Source: an uncultured Gemmatimonadales bacterium (GTDB lineage Bacteria > Gemmatimonadota > Gemmatimonadetes > Gemmatimonadales > Gemmatimonadaceae). From it: DNA of 64,000 nucleotides. Position 1 is the stretch's first letter. Every line of letters starts with the position of its first letter. Positions 57,335-64,000 of this stretch are shown in pieces. The notes beneath the pieces were generated by a model that did not search any database, was not told the DNA's origin, and saw only the letters and a program-made list of their open reading frames with translations. The translations under genes were made by a program, and so were the position numbers. The stretch spans positions 608,001-672,000 of the forward strand of contig CAWBZV010000005.1 of the NCBI GenBank assembly GCA_963793305.1. Reading direction: 5' to 3'.

Positions 57335-57982
57335 ATGCGGAACTACATCACGGAGTTCATCGGGACGTTTTTCCTCGTACTGACCGTCGGCTTCTGTGTG
57401 ACGTCCAACGCCCCCCTCGGCGCGCTGGCGATCGGCTCGTCGCTCATGATCATGGTCTACATGGGCGGCCACATCTCGGGCGGACACTATAACGGCGCCG
57501 TGTCGCTCGCCGTATTCCTCCGCGGCAAGATCGACGCGCGCACGTTCGTCGGCTATCTCATCAGCCAGCTCCTCGGCGCGATCGCCGCCGCGCTCATCGT
57601 GTACCTCGTGACGAGCAAGACCTATCCGCTCGCCCCTGGTCCGGGCGTCTCGCCGATGGCCGCGCTCATTGTCGAAACGCTGTACACGTTCGCACTCTGC
57701 ATCGTCGTGCTCAACGTCGCGACCTCGCCCGATACCGAGGGCAACTCGTACTACGGTCTGGCGATCGGCTTCACGATCGTCGTCGCCGCGATCAGTGGTG
57801 GATCGATCTCGGGCGGCGCGTTCAACCCGAACGTCGGCACGGGCCCGATCCTGGTCGATGCGATCCTCAAGGGAGGCTCGCTCGCCAATGTCTGGCTCTA
57901 TCTCGTCGGCCCATTCCTGGGCGGTGCATTGGCGGCATGGGTCTATCGGTTGCAGAACCCGGCACCGGCGGGCAGCGCCTGA
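57335..57982 (+). CDS. MIP/aquaporin-family channel with non-canonical NGA and NPN motifs
   Basis: TEFIGTFFL; GHISGGHYNGAVS; E...TF.L; ISGGAFNPNVG; WLY.VGP.LGG. Confidence 0.92.
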   Translation: MRNYITEFIGTFFLVLTVGFCVTSNAPLGALAIGSSLMIMVYMGGHISGGHYNGAVSLAVFLRGKIDARTFVGYLISQLLGAIAAALIVYLVTSKTYPLAPGPGVSPMAALIVETLYTFALCIVVLNVATSPDTEGNSYYGLAIGFTIVVAAISGGSISGGAFNPNVGTGPILVDAILKGGSLANVWLYLVGPFLGGALAAWVYRLQNPAPAGSA

Positions 57983-59122
57983 CTTTAGCCGCGGCATTCA
58001 ACGCGCGCCTCACGCAGCTCACATGCTTTGCGTGCGGGCGCGCGCATGACCCGCATGTCCCGCAGCGCGTCTGCACGGCGTGCGGCATGCCGTTGCGCGT
58101 GGACTATCGCCTCGATAGCTCGTCTCTTCCTCGTCAAGCGCTGACCAACCGGCCGGCGTCGCTGTGGCGCTACCGCGAAGTCTTGCCGTTGGCCTCAGGC
58201 GAAGTCACGCTGGGCGAGGGCTGGACGCCGTTGGTCCAGGTCGAGCCTCGCGTCTGGATAAAGGATGAATCGCGCAATCCCACCGGCTCCTTCAAAGCCC
58301 GCGGTCTGGCGATGGCCGTTTCCGTCGCCCGAGCGCTCGGAGCGAAAGCACTGACCGCACCCTCGGCCGGCAACGCCGCTGGCGCTCTCGCGGCGTACGG
58401 GGCGAGAGCCGGTATTCCCGTCGTCGTCGCGATGCCCGAAGACACCCCTCGTGGGTGCATCGAGGAGTGTCGGGTCTACGGCGCGCACGTGGAGCTCGTG
58501 CCGGGGACCATATCTGATGCCGGCAAATGGCTCCGGGACCACGGACCGGCGGACGCATTCAATGTCTCGACGCTCAAGGAGCCGTACCGGGTCGAAGGCA
58601 AGAAGACGATGGCCTACGAGCTCTTCGAGCAATTCGAGGGGAGCCTGCCAGAATGTGATCGTCTATCCCACGGGTGGCGGAACAGGGCTGGTTGGGATGG
58701 GGAAGGCGATCGAAGAGATGCGCGCACTGGGCTGGATCCCGGAGGGAGCAAAACCCCCGAGGTTCGTGTCGGTGCAGACCGCGGGCTGCGCCCCAGTTGT
58801 CCGTGCGTTCGACTTGGGCGCCGAGAAAACAGAGACATGGGCCGACGCCGAGACCCGGGCGTGGGGCCTTCGAGTCCCGTCGCCGATCGGCGGGTTCGTT
58901 TGCCTGAGAGTGATCCGCGAAACGCATGGCACGGCCGTCGCGGTGAGCGAAGGCGAGATCGCGCCCGCCACTCGCGCGCTCTCGGCACAGACCGGCGTCG
59001 ACATCTGCCCTGAAACCGGGGCGGCGTGGTCGGCGTTTGTCTCTTTGCGCGCATCGGGATGGATCACGCCCCGAGACCGGGTCGTCGTCTTCAATACGGG
59101 GACTGGGCTCAAGTATCGTTGA
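57937..59122 (+). CDS. thrC: Threonine synthase; frameshift near 58650, start uncertain
   Basis: CxxC...CxxC; LWRY; LGEG.TPL; K.ESRNPTGSFKARG; SAGNA; EGKKT; YPTGGGTG; PE.GAA; FNTG.GLKY. Confidence 0.85.
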
Positions 59123-59212
59123 CCTAACCCCGGCCCGTATCTTGATTTGGACGCGCTAGCCGGTTTGTTCCAGCCCGTGTATGTTACGAGCGCGCTACAA
59201 CCCCGAGAGCCT

Positions 59213-60463
59213 GTGAAATCGAGCATCAAGCCTTCTGCGAGTTCCGATGATATGGATGCGCCTCAGCTGAGCGCATCATCGGATGTCTTCTTTAAGACCC
59301 GAGATTTTACGCGGCTCGCCGAAGCGAAGGCCTCCGGACTCTACCCGTATTTCGTCCCCATCGAGTCCTCGACCGGCACCGAGGTCGTCATCGACGGCAA
59401 GCGTCGCGTGATGATCGGCTCGAACAACTATCTCGGCCTGACGCACGACCCCCGCGTGATTGCCGCGGCCCAAGCCGCCATCGAGAAGTACGGCAGCGCG
59501 TGCACGGGCAGCCGGTTCCTGAACGGCAACACCGACCTCCACGATCGCATCGAGGTCAAGCTCGCCGAGCTCACCGGCAAAGAAGCGGGCCTGGTGTTCT
59601 CGACAGGGTTCCAGACAAACCTCGGCGTCATCGCGACGCTGGTCGGCCGCACGGACTTCGTCTACATCGACAAGCTCGATCACGCGAGCATCGTCGACGG
59701 ATGCTTCCTATCAGCCGGCGACACCGTCCGGTTCCGCCACGGTGATCTCGGCGATCTCGAGGCCAAGCTCGCCCGAGGCAACCGCAATGGCGGCGGCAAA
59801 CTGATCGTCGTTGACGGCGTGTTCAGTATGGAAGGCGACATCGTCGACCTCCCGCGCTTGGTCGAGCTCTGCGCCCAGTACGACGCCCGTCTCGTGGTCG
59901 ACGACGCACACTCGATCGGCGTCCTCGGCGAGACCGGCGCCGGTACCGCCGAGCACTTCGGACTCACGCCACAAGTCGATCTCATCGTCGGCACGTTCAG
60001 CAAGTCGTTCGCCTCGATCGGTGGGTTCGTCACCGGCGAGCGCGAGGTGATCGAGTACCTCAAGCATCAGGCGCGGGCGCTCATCTTCAGCGCCTCGATG
60101 CCGCCATCGGCGTGCGCCGCGGTACTCACCTGTATTGACATCATGGCCGCCGAACCCGAGCGCCGTCAGAGGCTCTGGGAAAACGCGGACTACATGCGTG
60201 CCGGGCTCCGGTCGCTCGGCTATGATACCGGCGTCAGCGAAACTCCCATCGTGCCGGTGATCATCGGCAACGATCTCATGACGTTCCATTTCTGGCGCTC
60301 ACTCTTCGACAAAGGCGTGTTCACGAATCCAGTCGTGGCGCCCGCCGTCCCCGAAAAAGAATCCCGGATCCGCACCTCATACTCGGCTACCCACACGCGT
60401 GACCAACTCGATTTCGTACTCGATGTGTTCGCCAAAGTCGGGCGAGCGGCCGGCGTGATCTAA
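59213..60463 (+). CDS. spt: Serine palmitoyltransferase-like alpha-oxoamine synthase
   Basis: GLYPYF.PI; MIGSNNYLGLT; GSRFLNG; HASIVDG; DGVFSMEGD; DDAHSIG; GTFSKS (PLP Lys); neighbours are a GNAT and an SDR gene. Confidence 0.75.
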   Translation: MKSSIKPSASSDDMDAPQLSASSDVFFKTRDFTRLAEAKASGLYPYFVPIESSTGTEVVIDGKRRVMIGSNNYLGLTHDPRVIAAAQAAIEKYGSACTGSRFLNGNTDLHDRIEVKLAELTGKEAGLVFSTGFQTNLGVIATLVGRTDFVYIDKLDHASIVDGCFLSAGDTVRFRHGDLGDLEAKLARGNRNGGGKLIVVDGVFSMEGDIVDLPRLVELCAQYDARLVVDDAHSIGVLGETGAGTAEHFGLTPQVDLIVGTFSKSFASIGGFVTGEREVIEYLKHQARALIFSASMPPSACAAVLTCIDIMAAEPERRQRLWENADYMRAGLRSLGYDTGVSETPIVPVIIGNDLMTFHFWRSLFDKGVFTNPVVAPAVPEKESRIRTSYSATHTRDQLDFVLDVFAKVGRAAGVI

Positions 60464-61588
60464 TGACGAACGTCACGGTCAAGGCTGCCGACAGCGCCTC
60501 TGACCGCAAAGAGTTTATCGAACTTCCGTATCGCCTCCACGCAGGGCACCCGTACTGGGTTCCCCCGTTGCGGTCGGAACGTCGCACACTTGCTCGACCC
60601 CGCCAATCCATTCTTCGCGCACGCGGAAGCGCAGCAGTTCATCGCCCGCGACGCCTCGGGGAAGGTCGTTGGTCGCATCGTCGCGGTCAAAAACGACGCG
60701 CACACGGATCGCCATCACGACGGCGTTGGATTCTTCGGCTTCTTCGAGGCCGAGAATGATCCGGGCGTGGCGGCTGCGCTATTTGACACGGCCCGCGACT
60801 GGCTCAAGCAACGCGGCTTCACGACCATGCGCGGCCCGATGAGCCCATCGATCAACGACGAGATCGGTTTTCTGATCGACGGTTTCGACCAGACGCCCGT
60901 CGTGATGATGCCGTACACGCCGCAGTACTATCCCGCCCTCGCCGAGAGCTATGGGTTCACCAAGGCGAAGGACGTGTACGCGTATCGGCACGACAAGACC
61001 GCGCTGCAGCTCGATCGCGTCAAACGGCTGGCCAACGTCCTGGCGAAGCGGAACAACATCGTCGTCCGCCCGCTCAACATGAAGAACTTCCAGGGCAACG
61101 TCGACAAAGTCAAAGATCTCTACAACGCCGCCTGGGAAGCGAATTGGGGCGCGGTACAGATTACCGAAGAGGAGCTGGCCAACGTCGCGAAGCAGCTCAA
61201 GCCCGTCGTGCTGCCCGACCTCGTGCAATTCGCCGAGATGGACGGACAGACGGTTGGATTCTCGCTCGCGCTGCCCGATCTCAACGTCGCCCTGAAACAC
61301 ATGGGCGGCCGCCTGTTCCCATTCGGCTTCCTCAAGCTGCTCTGGTACCAGCGCAATATCCCAGGCCTCCGCGTCTGGGCGCTCGGCGTGCATCCCGACC
61401 ATCGCCGGAGCGGCGTGGCGGAGCTCCTGTACCTGGCCATCGTCAAGAATGGACTCGCCCGCGGGATGGTGTATGGGGAGTCCGGGTGGATCCTCGAGGA
61501 CAACTATTTGATGCGCCAGGCGATCGAGAAGATGGGCGGCCAGCGGTACAAGACGTACCGCGTTTACGACAAGCCGATCGGGGGCTGA
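60463..61588 (+). CDS. GNAT-fold putative bacterial ceramide synthase (bCerS-like); frameshift near 60585
   Basis: FI.LP..L....YWVPPL; NPFF.H; GRI; FGFFE; GP.SPS.N.E.G.L.DGF; Y...YY; YN.AW..NWG; LGV.P..R..G; E.GWILEDN..M; YKTYRVY. Confidence 0.75.
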
Positions 61589-61618
61589 ACCATCCCGGCG
61601 TCTCAGCGCTTCGCGCTG

Positions 61619-62572
61619 GTGACCGGCGCGAGCGGGTTTGTTGGTGGCCATCTGACCGAGGCGCTCCTCGCCGACGGATGGCGCGTGCAATGTCTCGTGC
61701 GCCGCGACAGCAATACGCGCTGGCTCCCCACCGATCGGGTCGAAATCATCTACGGCGACGTCGGCACGCCGTCCACGCTCCCGGATGCCGTCCGCGGCGT
61801 CGACATGGTGTTCCATCTCGCGGCCGTGACCTCAGCCCGGGAGCGCAGCGAATACACCAGGATCAATGCCGGCGGCACGCAAGCCGTCATCGAGGCGATG
61901 CAGGTTGCCGCGCCGGGCGCGATGCTCGTCCTCTGTTCCAGCCAATCGGCGGCGGGCCCGTCGCGCGAGGGACGACCGATCACCGAAGCGGACGCGCCAC
62001 AACCGATTGGTCCCTATGGCGAGTCGAAGCTCGCCGCTGAACAGCTGGTGATCGCGAGCGAGCTTCGTCACATCATTATTCGCCCTCCGGCGGTCTACGG
62101 CCCGCGCAATGTCGACATTCTGTTTGCGTTCCGCCTGGCGAGCGCCGGCATCGCCGTTCGCGTGAGCTCGCGCGGGCAGAAGCTGTCCATGGTGCACGTG
62201 CGCGACCTCGCGGCAGGGCTCGTGGCGGCCGCATCGGCGGAGCATGCGCGCGGCGTGTATTACGTGAGCGGAGGAACGCATGCGTGGGAGGATATCGTAC
62301 GGGGCATTGGCGTCGGGGTCGGCCGCCGCGCACGCGTGATTGTCCTGCCGCGCCCGCTGGTCGTCGCCGCGGCCTGGGGCAACCGTTTAGTGGCGCGCGC
62401 GATACACGCGAAGCCGCTGCTCACGCCAGAGCGTGTCCTCGACATGGTACAACCCGACTGGAGCTGCGACGATTCGCGCGCGCGTCGCGAGCTCGGCTAC
62501 TCGTCCGCCATACCATTGGATGAAGGACTGGCCGAAACGGCCGCTTGGTATCGCCAGGCTGGCTGGCTGTAG
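61619..62572 (+). CDS. NAD-dependent epimerase/SDR; putative ceramide reductase (CerR-like); true start slightly upstream
   Basis: VTGASGFVG; HLAA; SSQSA; YGESK; RPPAVYGP. Confidence 0.75.
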   Translation: MTGASGFVGGHLTEALLADGWRVQCLVRRDSNTRWLPTDRVEIIYGDVGTPSTLPDAVRGVDMVFHLAAVTSARERSEYTRINAGGTQAVIEAMQVAAPGAMLVLCSSQSAAGPSREGRPITEADAPQPIGPYGESKLAAEQLVIASELRHIIIRPPAVYGPRNVDILFAFRLASAGIAVRVSSRGQKLSMVHVRDLAAGLVAAASAEHARGVYYVSGGTHAWEDIVRGIGVGVGRRARVIVLPRPLVVAAAWGNRLVARAIHAKPLLTPERVLDMVQPDWSCDDSRARRELGYSSAIPLDEGLAETAAWYRQAGWL

Positions 62573-62594
62573 GGTGTAACTGTATACTGGCGGT

Positions 62595-63965
62595 ATGCGC
62601 CTAACAATCGTTGCCCTCGCGCTCGCTGGGTTGGCCGTCACCGCCCGCGCGCAGGATCCCGGAAACACCGGATCAAACGTCCCTGACGCCCAGAAACGCG
62701 GCGGGAACGAAAAGATGAAGCTGCTGTCCCGCACCGAGACCAACCCCGGTTCGTGGAAAGCCGCCGACATCGAGATCGAGCAGGACAAGAACCGACCGTA
62801 CGTGTATGTCTGCGGGTTCACGAACTTCAACACCAAGATCTACGACATCTCGAACACGTCGAGCCCGAAGTTGATCTACACCTGGACCATCGAGAACCCC
62901 GAGCTGCATCGCGGCATCGGCGCGATGGACGGGAAGTACTTCAAGATCAACGGCAAGTACTACTACGCGCAGTCGTTCCAGTTCATGCAGGGGAGCCCTG
63001 ACCAGGACTTGGGCGCCGTCATCTTCAACGTCACCGGCTTGCCCGATCCGTCGAAAGTAAAAGTCGTCGCCCGCATCAAGTACCCGCAGGCGCTCGGTGG
63101 CTTCCACAACACGTTCGCCTACAAGCACTCCGACGGCCGCGTGATCTACTTCGTGACCGTGAACGACTCCAAGTCCGTCATGTACGACTTGGACAAGATC
63201 GTCGCCGGCGTCGATCCGGCCCAGGCGATCATCGGTGGTGTCCCCAATCCCACGCCGTTCAAGCAGATCGGCTCCGGTGGGTACCACGACTTCGAAGTCC
63301 AGTACGATCCGCAGGATCACAAGGACAAGTTCTACGGCGCCGGCCTCGGCGGCTTCTCGGTGTGGGACATCACGAAGCCCGAAACGCCGACCCAAATGTT
63401 CACGATCACGTCGCTCGGCCAAGACGTGGCGCACACGTTCACGCCATCACCCGACGGCAGGTACGCGGTCACCGAGACGGAGTATCAGTACACGCCGCTC
63501 CGGATCTGGGACCTGCAGGCCGCGCAAGCCGGGACGATGAAGAACGTCGACACGCCGATCGCCGCGTGGACGGCCGACTGGCACGACCTCTCCCACAACC
63601 ACGAAGTGCGCTGGCCGTACGTGTTCGTGTCGGCCTACGAAGACGGTCTGCAAGTCTTCAACTTGAAGGATCCGAAGCACCCGGTTACCGAAGGGCACTG
63701 GTTTACGTGCGAGTGCGAGCATGAGCACGGGTTCGGCGGCTCACCCGACAATAACTGGGCGAGCACGACCAGCGTCATGCAGGGTGCGTTCGGCGTCGAT
63801 ATTCGGAACTACAATGGGCTCGTCGTGATCTCGGACATGCGGACCGGTCTGTGGCTGTTCCACATGGACGGGTTCAACGGATGGAACGGCAAGGACTACG
63901 GGATGCCGAACATCTCGAGCGTGCAGGACTACGATCACGGTCCGGCCCACGTACCCATCTCCTGA
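62595..63965 (+). CDS. Secreted LVIVD-repeat-like beta-propeller protein
   Basis: Signal peptide; repeats of IYDIS..SSP, VWDIT.P, IWDL, SAYEDGLQVFNL.DP; ISDM.TGLW. Confidence 0.7.
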   Translation: MRLTIVALALAGLAVTARAQDPGNTGSNVPDAQKRGGNEKMKLLSRTETNPGSWKAADIEIEQDKNRPYVYVCGFTNFNTKIYDISNTSSPKLIYTWTIENPELHRGIGAMDGKYFKINGKYYYAQSFQFMQGSPDQDLGAVIFNVTGLPDPSKVKVVARIKYPQALGGFHNTFAYKHSDGRVIYFVTVNDSKSVMYDLDKIVAGVDPAQAIIGGVPNPTPFKQIGSGGYHDFEVQYDPQDHKDKFYGAGLGGFSVWDITKPETPTQMFTITSLGQDVAHTFTPSPDGRYAVTETEYQYTPLRIWDLQAAQAGTMKNVDTPIAAWTADWHDLSHNHEVRWPYVFVSAYEDGLQVFNLKDPKHPVTEGHWFTCECEHEHGFGGSPDNNWASTTSVMQGAFGVDIRNYNGLVVISDMRTGLWLFHMDGFNGWNGKDYGMPNISSVQDYDHGPAHVPIS

Positions 63966-64000
63966 GCTCGGCGCAGCCGAAGCTCCGTCTAACAGACCAG

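Noticed and set aside
59213..60463. bioF or kbl
   Set aside because: No biotin or threonine dehydrogenase genes nearby. The N-terminal GLYPYF motif and the GNAT and SDR neighbours fit Spt better, though a phylogeny is needed to be sure.

Overview
High-GC bacterial chromosomal window. The gene repertoire suggests Gemmatimonadota, but that is inference only. About 15 single-base frameshifts fall in otherwise intact genes and are most likely uncorrected long-read errors. Main contents: (1) ~5.0-21.5 kb is a tandem array of three related integrative elements stacked at the 3' end of tRNA-Pro(GGG). One is a complete integrative mobilizable element (tyrosine integrase, excisionase-like HTH, MOBP relaxase, MobC), one is an integrase-less satellite, and one is a deletion relic. 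Together they carry defence-like cargo (TIR, RES, DUF4258/DUF2283, an AbiE-like pair, a PD-(D/E)XK nuclease operon, and a soluble FtsK with an altered Walker B) and conserved GAA-triloop hairpins. (2) 21.6-44 kb is metabolic: bluB, a cyclophilin, an alpha-glucan operon, a polyphosphate cluster and ackA. (3) 46.6-53.8 kb is a lasso-peptide gene cluster (RRE, B2 peptidase, cyclase and a 39-aa precursor with predicted core GTASQSGEPVAGLHW, G1-E8 ring). It converges on an ECF sigma/FecR/TonB-receptor signalling operon, is bracketed by paralogous TPR proteins, and no exporter or isopeptidase is visible. (4) The right end has a c-di-GMP-I riboswitch, an aquaporin with non-canonical NGA/NPN motifs, and an spt-cerS-cerR-like ceramide operon.
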